Assembly: GCA_963782795.1 (NCBI GenBank)
Contig: CAWALB010000006.1
Span: 34,808-98,807, forward strand
Reading direction: 5' to 3'
DNA length: 64,000 bases
Source of the DNA: an uncultured Actinomycetes bacterium
GTDB lineage: Bacteria; Actinomycetota; Thermoleophilia; Solirubrobacterales; 70-9
This document shows, one piece after another, positions 1 through 9,733 of the stretch (positions are counted from its first letter, which is position 1; each line of letters starts with the position of its first letter). A program made the translations under genes and the position numbers. The notes below the pieces were generated by a model, which was not told the origin of the DNA, searched no databases, and saw only the letters and a list, made by a program, of their open reading frames with translations.

Positions 1-88
1 GAAGGAGACCACCACGCTCGTACCTCCGGGCCAAAGCCGAAGGTCGCCGCGTCGGCGCCGCCGGCGGCGGCGGATCATTGCCGCGGGT

Positions 89-1441
89 GTGGTGCTTGCC
101 GGAGCCGCGGCGATCGTGGTGCTGTCCGCCGTCGGCGGGAGTGGTCAAGAACGCACTCGCCCCCCGCTTCAGCTCCTGCGTGGCCCGCCGGCCAAGGTCG
201 AGGCGCGGCTACATCCGATCGCCAGGACGATCGCAGCGCGGGTGGAGAAGATTCGCGGCCTCGAGTTCCGGAATCGGCCACGGGTGGTTGTGATGGGCGA
301 CGGTCGCCTCGCGAGGGTCGGCCGGCAAATCGGCCGCACCGAGCGACGCCGCGCTCGCCTGCACCCGTCGCGCCTTCACGCGGACCGGCGCCTCGAGCGA
401 GCGAGCGTGGAGCTCGACCAGCTCGCCCGGCTCCTGCCCCCTGAAGCCGCGCTCGGGCCGGACACGCAGACCTCCGGGCTTGATCGCATCGGCGGCGCGT
501 TCGACTTTCCACGCAATCGCATCATCATCGTTCCCACGGCCATTCAGACGCGCATCCAGCTGAACTACACGCTTGCGCATGAGCTGACCCACGCGCTGGA
601 GAGCCAGCACTTCAACCTCCATCTGGGGACCCTCACGCGCCCCGGCGAGGCGTCCGCGGTTCATCGCGCGGTGATCGAGGGAACCGCGACGCTCGTTCAG
701 GACCGCTACCAGCATCGGTATCTCGGCGACGACATGCCGATCGCCCAGCGGATCGAGGGCGCGCGAAGCCTGATCGCCACCAACCCGGGCGCCTATGCCG
801 TCAACGCCGAGGGGATCTTCGACTATGTCGACGGCGCTCTGTTCGTGCACAACCTCTACCAGCGAACCGGCGACTGGCGGCTCGTTGATCGTGCACTCCG
901 AACGCCGCCACGCCAGAGCCGGGAGATCCTGCATGCCGATAGTTGGCCAGGCGCGAGCGGCGTCCAACCCATCAGGCTCGGCCTGGCGAGCGTGCTTCGG
1001 CATCACTGGCGCTGGGTCGGCGGTGGGCCCGCCGGGGAGGAGCAGGCGCTGGTCATCCTCCTTGCGGGTGACCTCGGTAACGAAGCGCAGATGGGAGCCT
1101 CGGGCTGGGTGGGCGGACGGTTTGCCGTGTGGACGCCACGTTCAGCCCAGCCCGACTGCGCCCCCGACTGCGTCTTGAACAACGTGGGGGTCGTCGCGTT
1201 CCGCTGGCACAGCCGGGATGACGTCTCGCAGTTCAACCTCGCGGCGCCGGCGTACGCGCTGCTGGGCCTCTTCGCCCAGCAGCTGACGCATCGCATGTGG
1301 AAGTTGAACGACGGCTACCTCGCGCTCGGAGCGGCTCCTCGAGCATCAGCCCTGGCGTTCGCCCCCCGCCGGCGTCTTGCCGATTCGCTGTCGAGGCGCT
1401 CGGCGCGGCGCGCATCGTCATATGATGTTCGTCGTGGCTGA
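89..1441 (+). CDS. membrane-anchored HExxH zinc-metalloprotease-like protein
   Basis: 450-aa ORF with an N-terminal hydrophobic segment (AAAIVVLSAVGG) and an HExxH motif (LAHELTHALE). The frame stays open back to position 2, and an R-rich stretch (RRRRRRRRII) precedes the TM segment, so the true start may lie upstream of GTG-89. Confidence 0.55.
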   Translation: MVLAGAAAIVVLSAVGGSGQERTRPPLQLLRGPPAKVEARLHPIARTIAARVEKIRGLEFRNRPRVVVMGDGRLARVGRQIGRTERRRARLHPSRLHADRRLERASVELDQLARLLPPEAALGPDTQTSGLDRIGGAFDFPRNRIIIVPTAIQTRIQLNYTLAHELTHALESQHFNLHLGTLTRPGEASAVHRAVIEGTATLVQDRYQHRYLGDDMPIAQRIEGARSLIATNPGAYAVNAEGIFDYVDGALFVHNLYQRTGDWRLVDRALRTPPRQSREILHADSWPGASGVQPIRLGLASVLRHHWRWVGGGPAGEEQALVILLAGDLGNEAQMGASGWVGGRFAVWTPRSAQPDCAPDCVLNNVGVVAFRWHSRDDVSQFNLAAPAYALLGLFAQQLTHRMWKLNDGYLALGAAPRASALAFAPRRRLADSLSRRSARRASSYDVRRG

Positions 1442-1514
1442 GAGGATGGACCTCAGGTCCGCCACGGGAGAGGATGGGGCAGAGAGCGTGAACTTCACCG
1501 GAGGCGATTAGCCC

Positions 1515-2543
1515 TTGGAGGCGAGTGAACTTCGGGAGCGACCAGCCGGCACCGCCGTAGGCGGATCTGCGGAGCTGATCGAGTTCGACCCCACTGCGAT
1601 CGCCGCTCGCAGTCCCTGGCAGCTCTTCTGGCGGCGGTTCAAGGAGGACAAGCTGGCGCTGGCCTCGCTCGTCTTCCTTGTCTTCGTGGTCCTGGTGGCG
1701 ATCTTCGCGCCGCTGGTCGTGAGCCTCGCGGGAGCACCTGGTCCGGATACCCCTGATCAGAACGCGCTGGATCCCGTCTTTGCGACGCCGACGGGCCCAT
1801 CCAGCGCTCACTACTTCGGCGTCGATCAAATCGGCCGTGATGTCTTCAGCCGGGTGATTTACGGAGCACGGATCTCCCTGATCGTCGCCTTTACGGCGAC
1901 GTTCATCGCAACGGCACTCGGGGTCGTCGCGGGTCTCCTCGCGGGCTACTTCAGGGGTGTGATCGACACCATCGTCTCCCGGACCGTTGACGTGCTGTTG
2001 GCGATCCCCTACCTGATGCTGGCAATTGGGCTCGCGTCGGCCTGTTCGATCGCCATCGGCAGCGGCCAGGGGAGCACCAGCAATCCCGGTTGCCTCGGCG
2101 GCCTGATCAAGCCAGGCCTGACCGTGGTCATCTTCGTGATCGCCGTAACGAGTTGGACCTACATCGCCCGGATCATCCGCGGACAGGTCTTCTCGCTGCG
2201 CGAGAAGGAGTTCGTGGAGGCCGCCCGGTCCCAGGGCGCTTCACACACCCGGATCATCTTCAAGGAGATCCTTCCCAACCTGACCGCCCCGATCGTCGTC
2301 TATGCCTCGATCCTGGTGCCGCAGGTGATCCTGTACGAGGCAGCCCTTTCCTATCTCGGGGTCGGCGTGCAACCGCCCACGGCGAGCTGGGGACAGATGA
2401 TCTCCGACGCCACGCCCACCTTCAGCACCGCCTGGTGGTACATGCTCTTCCCGGGCCTCGCCCTCCTCTTCACGGTGCTCGCCTTCAACCTCGTGGGCGA
2501 CGCCATGCAGGACGCCCTCAACCCGAAGGCTAAGAAAACGTGA
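1515..2543 (+). CDS. peptide-type ABC transporter permease (DppC/OppC-like)
   Basis: 342-aa multi-TM ORF with a typical C-terminus (LFPGLALLFTVLAFNLVGDAMQDALNP). First gene of an importer operon. TTG start. Confidence 0.85.
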   Translation: MEASELRERPAGTAVGGSAELIEFDPTAIAARSPWQLFWRRFKEDKLALASLVFLVFVVLVAIFAPLVVSLAGAPGPDTPDQNALDPVFATPTGPSSAHYFGVDQIGRDVFSRVIYGARISLIVAFTATFIATALGVVAGLLAGYFRGVIDTIVSRTVDVLLAIPYLMLAIGLASACSIAIGSGQGSTSNPGCLGGLIKPGLTVVIFVIAVTSWTYIARIIRGQVFSLREKEFVEAARSQGASHTRIIFKEILPNLTAPIVVYASILVPQVILYEAALSYLGVGVQPPTASWGQMISDATPTFSTAWWYMLFPGLALLFTVLAFNLVGDAMQDALNPKAKKT

Positions 2544-2590
2544 TCAAGTAAGGAACAGTGGCCATTCATCCAAACCGAAAGGATCACAAG

Positions 2591-4483
2591 ATGCAACTCA
2601 GGCGGCTCAGGCTGCTCTTGCCGGTTGCAGTCCTCGTCGTTCTCGCCGGCGTACTTTCGTCGTGTGGCAGCAGCGGCAGCAGCACCAGCAGCAGCTCAGG
2701 CGCCACCTCCGCGATCCCCTCGCAGTTTCAGGCGCCGACCGCGGCGCCGAGCGACGCAAAGTCCGGGGGGCATCTCACGGTGCTTGCGGAAGGCGACATC
2801 GACTACATGGACCCCGGCGCCGCGTACTACCAGTTCACCTACCAGATGGACCAGGCCACGCAGAGGACTCTGATGGGCTGGAAGCCCGCGGACACGCAGC
2901 CGACGCCGGACCTGGCCGATGGCGCGCCGGATGTGTCATCCGACGGCAAGACCGTCACGTTCCACCTGAGGAGCGGGGTGAAGTTCAGCCCACCGGTAAA
3001 CCGCGAGGTGACGTCCAAGGACGTCAAGTACGCGGTTGAGCGGAGCATCATGCCGGGTGTCGCGAACGGCTACACCGCGACGTACCTCGGAGCGCTCGAG
3101 GGCCTCAAGCAGGCGCAGGCCGCGGTGAAGAAGGACCCGACGGTCGCTCCGAATATCAGCGGCATCCAGACGCCTGACGATCACACCATCGTCTTCCAGC
3201 TCACCCAGCCTCAGTCGGCGGTCGTGATCCAGATTCTGTCCCTGCCGGTATCAACGCCGGTTCCCGAGGAGTACGCAAAGAAGATGGACGCGCAGACTCC
3301 ATCCTCTTACGGGCAGAACGTGGTGTTCACGGGTCCGTACATGGTCCAGAACGACTGCGTCAACACGGCCGGCAAGGTCGTGAACCCGAACTGCACGGGC
3401 AAGCTCACGGGCTACACGCCGGGCAAGGAGATCGTTCTGGTTCGAAACCCGAACTGGGACTCGAATACCGATTACCGGCCAGCGTATGTCGACGGGATAA
3501 CAATCCAGGAGGGATTCTCGGATCCGACCCAGGCGTCGGAGAAGATCCTCTCCGGCTCTGATCAGCTCAGCGGCGACTTCGTGCCGTCGAAGAGCATCAT
3601 CCAGCAGGTCGCGAGCGGCAGCAAGTACAACACCGATCAGCTGTCGGCATCGCCTTCGGGCAGTAACCGGTACATCGCGCTGAACACGTCGGAGCCGCCG
3701 TTCAACAACGTCAACGTGCGTAGGGCGGTCGTGGCCGGCACGGATCGCACGGCGCTGCGGAACACCCGCGGCGGCGAGCTGGTCGGCGCCGTGGCCACGC
3801 ACTTCATTCCTCCCGGAATCCCCGGGTTCGAGGAAGCGGGTGGCTACGGGACCCCGAAGGACCCGAGCACCGGAAAGCCGCTCGACTTCCTCGCGAGTCC
3901 GAATGGGGACATGAAGGTGGCGGAGAAGTACATGAAGAAGGCCGGCTTCTCGAGCGGCAAGTGCGAGGGCTCGGCGTGCGACATCACCATGGTTGCCGAC
4001 AACGTCCCGCCGGGGTCGGACACGGCCACGGTCATGAAGGACCAGCTCGAGAAGCTGGGCTTCAACGTCAACCTGCAGGAGGTCGAGCACACCGCCATGT
4101 ACACGCGGTTCTGCTCAGTCGTGAAGTCCGAGCCGAACGTCTGTCCGAACGTCGGCTGGATCAAGGACTTCAACGATGGGCAGGGGATTCTCCAGATCCC
4201 GTTCTCCGGGTCGACCATCACGGCCAGCCCGGGGAACAACTCCAACTGGTCGCAGTTGAACGACCCGACCATCAACCAGGCGATCGACAAGGGCGTCAAC
4301 ACCCCGGCCGACCAGCGCGCCGCGTACTGGGGGAAGCTGGACGACCAGATCTCGGCCCTGGCACCCGCCATTCCGTGGGACTGGGACAACGAGACGTTTG
4401 TCCGGTCCAACGACGTGGCTGGCGTCGTCAACCTGTTCGCCGCCGAGTGGGATCTCTCGTTCAGCTCGGTAACGGGCAGCTAG
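2591..4483 (+). CDS. ABC transporter substrate-binding lipoprotein (family 5, peptide/nickel type)
   Basis: Signal peptide plus lipobox (LAGVLSSCGSSGS). Length and composition fit family-5 SBPs. ATG 2591 preferred over GTG 2558. Confidence 0.85.
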   Translation: MQLRRLRLLLPVAVLVVLAGVLSSCGSSGSSTSSSSGATSAIPSQFQAPTAAPSDAKSGGHLTVLAEGDIDYMDPGAAYYQFTYQMDQATQRTLMGWKPADTQPTPDLADGAPDVSSDGKTVTFHLRSGVKFSPPVNREVTSKDVKYAVERSIMPGVANGYTATYLGALEGLKQAQAAVKKDPTVAPNISGIQTPDDHTIVFQLTQPQSAVVIQILSLPVSTPVPEEYAKKMDAQTPSSYGQNVVFTGPYMVQNDCVNTAGKVVNPNCTGKLTGYTPGKEIVLVRNPNWDSNTDYRPAYVDGITIQEGFSDPTQASEKILSGSDQLSGDFVPSKSIIQQVASGSKYNTDQLSASPSGSNRYIALNTSEPPFNNVNVRRAVVAGTDRTALRNTRGGELVGAVATHFIPPGIPGFEEAGGYGTPKDPSTGKPLDFLASPNGDMKVAEKYMKKAGFSSGKCEGSACDITMVADNVPPGSDTATVMKDQLEKLGFNVNLQEVEHTAMYTRFCSVVKSEPNVCPNVGWIKDFNDGQGILQIPFSGSTITASPGNNSNWSQLNDPTINQAIDKGVNTPADQRAAYWGKLDDQISALAPAIPWDWDNETFVRSNDVAGVVNLFAAEWDLSFSSVTGS

Positions 4484-4529
4484 CGGAGGATGGCCTGAGC
4501 AGAGAAGTCATCTGACCACATCGACAGAA

Positions 4530-4559
4530 GGCCCCGCCGCCCAAGGTGGCGGCGGGGCC
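4530..4559 (+). terminator. perfect 12-bp GC stem-loop after the SBP gene (intra-operon attenuator or mRNA stabiliser)
   Basis: GGCCCCGCCGCC-CAAGGT-GGCGGCGGGGCC, 46 nt after the SBP stop and 30 nt before the next permease. No U-tract follows. Confidence 0.4.
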
Positions 4560-4589
4560 TGATTCTCCAACGACCAGAACGACAATCGA

Positions 4590-5630
4590 ATGCTTCGCTA
4601 CATAGTTCGCCGCGTGCTCTGGGGCATCGCGATGCTCTTCATCGTCAGCGCGGTGGTCTTCATGATCTTCAACGTCTTTCCCTCGGCGGATCCGGCGAAG
4701 CTCCGAGCCGGCCGTAACGCCTCACCGGACACCATCCAGGCGATCCGCAAGGAGCTCGACTTGAACGAGCCCATCTACGTTCAATACAAGAACTTCATGT
4801 TCGGCCAGGATTCGTATGTCCACCTCCAGACCAGCTTCCCCTTCGTCGACGTCTACCTGCACGGCGACGCAAACGGTGGAGTCTTCACTCCTCAGTTCAG
4901 CCTCGGCCAGAGCTACTACTCGCAGGAGCCGGTGAAGACGATCATCTTCGACCGGCTCCCCGCCACCGCTCTGTTGGTGGCGGGGGCTGTGGTCTTCTGG
5001 CTCCTGATGGGGATCCCGATCGGGATCATCTCGGCGATCAAGCGAAGATCGCTCCTCGACCGCACGACTATGGTGACCTCGCTGGCGTTCATCTCGGCGC
5101 CGGTCTTCTGGCTCGGACTGGTGGCGCTGTATCTGTTCGCGCAGGACGTCGGGCTAATTCACATCTTCCCCGGCATCGGCAGCTACCTGTCTGCCACCAC
5201 CTTCTTGGAGAAATGCTGGTCGCTGTTCCTCCCCTGGCTCGTGCTTGCGGCCGCGAGCGCCGCGATCTACGCCCGCTATCTGCGGTCGAGCATGATCGAC
5301 GTGATGTCCGAGGACTACATCCGCACGGCCCGGGCGAAGGGGGTGTCGGAGGGGAGCGTGATCATGCGCCACGGGGTCCGCAGCGCGATCACGCCGATCG
5401 TCACCCTCCTCGGCCTCGACATCGGGCTGCTCCTGGCTGGAAACGCCATTCTCACGGAGTCCGTCTTCAACATTCCCGGCATCGGGAGGCAGATCGTGAC
5501 GTCGATCAGGACGTCCGACCTGCCCGTGATCCAGGGAATCGTCCTCTTCGGCGCGTTCTTCATCATCACATGCAACCTGATCGTGGACATCGCCTACGCG
5601 TACCTCGACCCGCGGGTTCGGTACGAGTGA
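4590..5630 (+). CDS. peptide-type ABC transporter permease (DppB/OppB-like)
   Basis: 346-aa ORF starting MLRYIVRRVLWGIAMLF and ending [10 protein letters not shown], the classic DppB/OppB termini. Confidence 0.9.
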   Translation: MLRYIVRRVLWGIAMLFIVSAVVFMIFNVFPSADPAKLRAGRNASPDTIQAIRKELDLNEPIYVQYKNFMFGQDSYVHLQTSFPFVDVYLHGDANGGVFTPQFSLGQSYYSQEPVKTIIFDRLPATALLVAGAVVFWLLMGIPIGIISAIKRRSLLDRTTMVTSLAFISAPVFWLGLVALYLFAQDVGLIHIFPGIGSYLSATTFLEKCWSLFLPWLVLAAASAAIYARYLRSSMIDVMSEDYIRTARAKGVSEGSVIMRHGVRSAITPIVTLLGLDIGLLLAGNAILTESVFNIPGIGRQIVTSIRTSDLPVIQGIVLFGAFFIITCNLIVDIAYAYLDPRVRYE

Positions 5631-6655
5631 GTCTTCTTGAGATTCAGGACCTGAAGGTCGACTTCCATACCGAGGACGGGGTGGTCAAGGCGGTCGACGG
5701 GGCTTCGTTCTCCGTGGAGAAGGGCGAGACGCTCGGGATCGTGGGGGAGTCCGGCTGCGGCAAGAGCGTCGCGAACATGACCATCCTGGGGCTCACCCGC
5801 TCCCCCAACACCGAAATCGAGGGGCGGATCCTCCTCGAGGGCGAGGACCTCATCCAGGCCTCGCCCGATGAGATGCAAGCCGTACGCGGACAGGACATCG
5901 CGATGATCTTCCAGGACCCGCTCACGTCCCTGCACCCCTTCTACAAGATCGGGAAGCAGCTGGTCGAGGCGGTCCAGGCGCACCAGGACGTGTCGAAGAA
6001 GGAGGCGCGGGACCGCGCCGCCGAGCTGCTCGGCCTGGTCGGGATTCCCGACGCCAGTAACCGACTCGACGACTACCCGCACGAGTTCTCCGGCGGCATG
6101 CGACAGCGGGCGATGATCGCGATGGCGCTTGTCAACGACCCCCACATCCTGATCGCCGACGAGCCGACCACGGCCCTGGACGTGACCATCCAGGCGCAGA
6201 TCCTCCACCTGATCCAGGAGCTTCAGGAGCGCCTCGGCATGGCCGTGATCCTGATCACGCACGATCTGGGCGTCGTCGCGGACACCGCCGACTACATCAA
6301 CGTGATGTACGCGGGACGCATCGTCGAGGCCGGGACGCTGGACGAGATCTTCTACGACCCGCAGCATCCTTATACGTGGGGGCTGCTCGGGTCAGTGGCG
6401 CGGCCCGACCGGCCGCGCACCGAGCGTCTCTCCCAGATCCAGGGTCAGCCGCCGTCGCTCCTGGCGACCCCCCAGGGATGCCACTTCCGCCCACGCTGCC
6501 CGCATGAGTTCGACAAGTGCAAGCAGACGCCGCCTCTCGATCCGCGAAGCGGTACGCCGGGGCACCTGGACCGCTGCTGGCTGTCGCCGGAGCAGAAGCG
6601 GACGCTCAGGGTGATCCACGGCGACCAGATTGGGCTCGAGGTTCCGGCGGCGTGA
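5627..6655 (+). CDS. ABC transporter ATP-binding protein (OppD/DppD-like)
   Basis: GTG overlaps the permease stop (GTGA). Walker A GESGCGKS, signature FSGGMRQR, Walker [13 protein letters not shown] and an oligopeptide C-terminal Cys motif (CHFRPRCP). The upstream part of track ORF 5213..6655 overlaps the permease and was trimmed. Confidence 0.9.
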   Translation: MSLLEIQDLKVDFHTEDGVVKAVDGASFSVEKGETLGIVGESGCGKSVANMTILGLTRSPNTEIEGRILLEGEDLIQASPDEMQAVRGQDIAMIFQDPLTSLHPFYKIGKQLVEAVQAHQDVSKKEARDRAAELLGLVGIPDASNRLDDYPHEFSGGMRQRAMIAMALVNDPHILIADEPTTALDVTIQAQILHLIQELQERLGMAVILITHDLGVVADTADYINVMYAGRIVEAGTLDEIFYDPQHPYTWGLLGSVARPDRPRTERLSQIQGQPPSLLATPQGCHFRPRCPHEFDKCKQTPPLDPRSGTPGHLDRCWLSPEQKRTLRVIHGDQIGLEVPAA

Positions 6656-7731
6656 ACGGCGAGACGGAGGCCAGGGACGGCGCCGGCGCTCACGCCGAAC
6701 CCGGCCTGCTGGAGGTCCACGACCTCGTCAAGCACTTCCCGATCAAGACCGGTGTGATCTTCGACCACGAAATTGGTCGCGTGCGCGCCGTGGACGGCGT
6801 CAGCCTCACGGTCCAGGAAGGCGAGACACTCGGCCTCGTCGGCGAGTCAGGCTCGGGTAAATCGACGCTCGGCCGCACAATCCTGCAGTTGATCCCGCCG
6901 ACCTCCGGCTCGGTGCGCTTCGACGGAGAGGAGATCGTCGGCCGGCGGGGACGCGCGATGCAGTCCGTGCGCCGCGAGATGCAGATGATCTTTCAGGATC
7001 CGTACGCGTCCCTCAATCCTCGCCAGAGGGTGGGGCAGATCGTCGGCACGCCCCTCAAGATCCATGGGCTCGCCTCGGGTGATTCCCTGAAGCGCCAGGT
7101 CAATGAGCTTCTCGAGACGGTCGGCCTCGGCCCGGAGCACTACAACCGCTTCCCCCACGAGTTCTCCGGCGGCCAGCGGCAGCGGATCGGCATCGCCCGG
7201 GCGCTCGCGCTGCGGCCGAAGCTGATCATTGCCGACGAGCCGGTATCGGCCCTGGACGTCTCGATTCAGGCGCAGATCATCAACCTGCTCGAGGACCTTC
7301 AGAACGAGTTCAAGCTCACCTACCTCTTCATAGCGCACGACCTCGGCGTGATCCGACACGTCTCCGACCGGATCGCCGTCATGTATCTCGGCAAGATCGT
7401 GGAGCTGGGGCCCGCCGAGAAGGTCTACGCGAGCCCAATCCATCCGTACACGCTGTCGCTGCTGTCGGCGCTCCCGATCCCGGACCCGCGCGCGAACGCG
7501 ATGCGTGACCAAATCGTGCTCGAAGGCGACATTCCCAGCCCGGCGAATCCCCCGTCCGGTTGCCGGTTCCACACCCGCTGCCCCTACGCGACCGAGATCT
7601 GCTCCACCGAGGAGCCCAAGCTGGTCGACTACGGCGACGGGCACTTGGCAGCATGCCATCACCCGCTGCATCGCGAGCACCCCGGGGCAGTGGCCGCGGC
7701 TCTGCCCGGCCTGCAGGCCGAGACCGCCTGA
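6652..7731 (+). CDS. ABC transporter ATP-binding protein (OppF/DppF-like)
   Basis: GTGA overlap with the preceding stop. Walker [10 protein letters not shown], signature FSGGQRQR, Walker [13 protein letters not shown] and CRFHTRCP. Confidence 0.9.
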   Translation: MNGETEARDGAGAHAEPGLLEVHDLVKHFPIKTGVIFDHEIGRVRAVDGVSLTVQEGETLGLVGESGSGKSTLGRTILQLIPPTSGSVRFDGEEIVGRRGRAMQSVRREMQMIFQDPYASLNPRQRVGQIVGTPLKIHGLASGDSLKRQVNELLETVGLGPEHYNRFPHEFSGGQRQRIGIARALALRPKLIIADEPVSALDVSIQAQIINLLEDLQNEFKLTYLFIAHDLGVIRHVSDRIAVMYLGKIVELGPAEKVYASPIHPYTLSLLSALPIPDPRANAMRDQIVLEGDIPSPANPPSGCRFHTRCPYATEICSTEEPKLVDYGDGHLAACHHPLHREHPGAVAAALPGLQAETA

Positions 7732-7764
7732 GTTCCGGGCGAGGCGCGAAGGCCCAAGGGCCGG

Positions 7765-7914
7765 ATGTCACTGACGCTCCTGATCGTCCTCGTTTTCACT
7801 GCGGCGCTCATGCTGGCCGAGGGCAGGTACGTCGCCGCGATCGTGCTCGCCGTGATCGCGCTGCCGGTGCTGGTCACGGCGGCCCGGCGCATGCGCCGCG
7901 ACCAGGGGCAGTAG
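7765..7914 (+). CDS. possible 49-aa two-TM micro-protein
   Basis: ATG..TAG ORF found by eye (MSLTLLIVLVFTAALMLAEGRYVAAIVLAVIALPVLVTAARRMRRDQGQ). Below the track length cutoff, weak SD. Confidence 0.3.
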   Translation: MSLTLLIVLVFTAALMLAEGRYVAAIVLAVIALPVLVTAARRMRRDQGQ

Positions 7915-8081
7915 CGCACTGGCGCGATCTCGCGGGCTGATATAGGCTGCCGATCGACGGGTGGCCGTGCACGCGGCAGCGGCCCGGCACCCCGGGAGAG
8001 AGGACTGTTGTCAAGGGATGAATTCGTGGGGTGGATGACCGTCGTCGACGGCGGTGCTGGGCCCTGCGGGGGAGGTGCTGG

Positions 8082-9647
8082 ATGAGTCACGTGCGACGGA
8101 TGGGAATCGCTGCGGCGCTCATTGCCGTGCTGGCGGCGGCGGTCGCCGGCTGCGGATCGAGTGGGGGCAGCAGTGGAGTGATCATCCGTGGGACGACCGA
8201 CCAGCCGGTTTCCTATGACCCGGCCGGCGCCTACGACCTGCCGTCGTACGACGTCATCTACGCGATCTACCAGAACCTGATGACCATCCCTCCGGGCCAG
8301 TCGACGCCCGTTCCCGAGGCGGCTCAGAAGTGCGAGTACACGGACAGCAACAACCAGACGTACGAGTGCACGCTCAAGCCCGACCTCAAGTTCTCCGACG
8401 GCACCCCGCTGACGTCCAAGGACGTCGTCTTCTCCTTCGAGCGCAACGTGAAGATCGCCGACCCGAACGGCGGCTCCTCGCTCCTCGCGAACATGAAGAG
8501 CGTCGAGGCCAAGGGCCCGGACACGGTGATCTTCCACCTGAAGGCGCCCGACGCGACCTGGCCCTTCATCCTCACGACGGGATCCGCGGCGATCGTCCCG
8601 GACAGCTATCCGGCCGACAAGCTGCAGAGCTCCAACAACGTGATCGGCTCCGGCCGCTACGCGCTCCAGAGCTATGACCCGAGCACCCAGACGGTCCTGA
8701 CCAAGAGCGACAGCTACACCGGCAGCGACCCGGCCAAGAACGACAAGGTCATCATCCAGTACTACAAGACCTCGTCCGACCTGGCGCTCGCCCTGAAGCA
8801 GGGGGAGGTCAACATCGCCTACCGGAGCCTCAGCCCGACCGATCTCAACTCGCTCAAGGGCCAGGACGGCATCCAGATCGTCTCCGGTAACGGCATCGAG
8901 ATCCGCTACCTGGTGTTCAACGAGGACCTTCAGCCCGGCGCCACCGCGGCGCAGAAGCTGGCTATCCGCCAGGCCGTCGCCTACACAGTCGATCGCCAGG
9001 CGATCGCGAGCAAGGTCTATGACGGAACGGTCACGCCGCTCTACTCGATGGTCCCTCAGGGCCTGAAGTACGCGACGGAGCCCTTCAAGACGATGTACGG
9101 GGCGAGCCCGGACGTCGTGAAGGCCAAGCAGACCCTCCAGCAGGCTGGCATAAAGACGCCCGTACCGCTGGAGATCTGGTACACGCCATCGCACTATGGG
9201 CCGGTCTCAGCAGACGAGTACGCCGAGATCAAGAGCCAGCTCGACGACAGCGGCCTCTTCGACGTGACGCTGAAGTCGACCGAGTGGAACCAGTACTCGA
9301 CCGCGGCGTTCACGGACAAGTACCCGATCTACCAGCTCGGCTGGTTCCCGGACTATCCGGACGCGGACGACTACACGGCTTCCTTCTACTCGAAGGACAG
9401 CTTCCTGAACGACCACTACTCGAACACGACGATGCAGAAGCTGCTCGGGCAGGAGAAGGCCACGACGAACGATGCCAAGCGGGCGAAGGAGTTCTCTCAG
9501 ATCCAGGACCAGGGCGCCAAGGACGTGCCCACGATCCCGATCTGGCAGGGCAAGCAGGTGGCCGCCGCCCAGGACGACATCCACGGAATCGAACTGACCT
9601 TCGACCCATCGTTCATCTTCCGCTACTGGCTGATCTCGAAGGGCTGA
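8082..9647 (+). CDS. ABC transporter substrate-binding lipoprotein (family 5)
   Basis: GGAGG SD precedes ATG 8082. Signal plus lipobox (LAAAVAGCGSSGG). SBP-5-like body. Confidence 0.85.
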   Translation: MSHVRRMGIAAALIAVLAAAVAGCGSSGGSSGVIIRGTTDQPVSYDPAGAYDLPSYDVIYAIYQNLMTIPPGQSTPVPEAAQKCEYTDSNNQTYECTLKPDLKFSDGTPLTSKDVVFSFERNVKIADPNGGSSLLANMKSVEAKGPDTVIFHLKAPDATWPFILTTGSAAIVPDSYPADKLQSSNNVIGSGRYALQSYDPSTQTVLTKSDSYTGSDPAKNDKVIIQYYKTSSDLALALKQGEVNIAYRSLSPTDLNSLKGQDGIQIVSGNGIEIRYLVFNEDLQPGATAAQKLAIRQAVAYTVDRQAIASKVYDGTVTPLYSMVPQGLKYATEPFKTMYGASPDVVKAKQTLQQAGIKTPVPLEIWYTPSHYGPVSADEYAEIKSQLDDSGLFDVTLKSTEWNQYSTAAFTDKYPIYQLGWFPDYPDADDYTASFYSKDSFLNDHYSNTTMQKLLGQEKATTNDAKRAKEFSQIQDQGAKDVPTIPIWQGKQVAAAQDDIHGIELTFDPSFIFRYWLISKG

Positions 9648-9673
9648 CCCGCAGCAACATCGGGCTTGCCGCC

Positions 9674-9699
9674 CACGCCTCCTCCCCAGAGGAGGCGTG
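9674..9699 (+). terminator. 11-bp stem-loop after the second SBP gene
   Basis: CACGCCTCCTC-CCCA-GAGGAGGCGTG, 27 nt after the SBP stop. Same position as the hairpin in operon 1. Confidence 0.35.
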
Positions 9700-9733
9700 C
9701 GGCGCGCTGCCCCCGGGTAGGTGAACGGCGGGG

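Noticed and set aside
5213-5626. N-terminal extensions of the ABC ATPase ORFs (5213.., 6517.., 11616.., 12611..) that overlap upstream genes.
   Set aside because: The extensions are junk-like and overlap well-supported permease or ATPase genes. Canonical ATGA/GTGA coupled starts give normal-length ATPases.
7659-9194. Many very long ORFs antisense to or overlapping real genes (for example 7659..9194, 14237..15745, 16492..17967, 13007..14086, 43672..44175, 53167..54609, 62822..63949).
   Set aside because: Their products are R/G/P/D-rich with no motifs, and each lies opposite a gene with clear family signatures. In GC3-saturated DNA, antisense frames stay open by chance.
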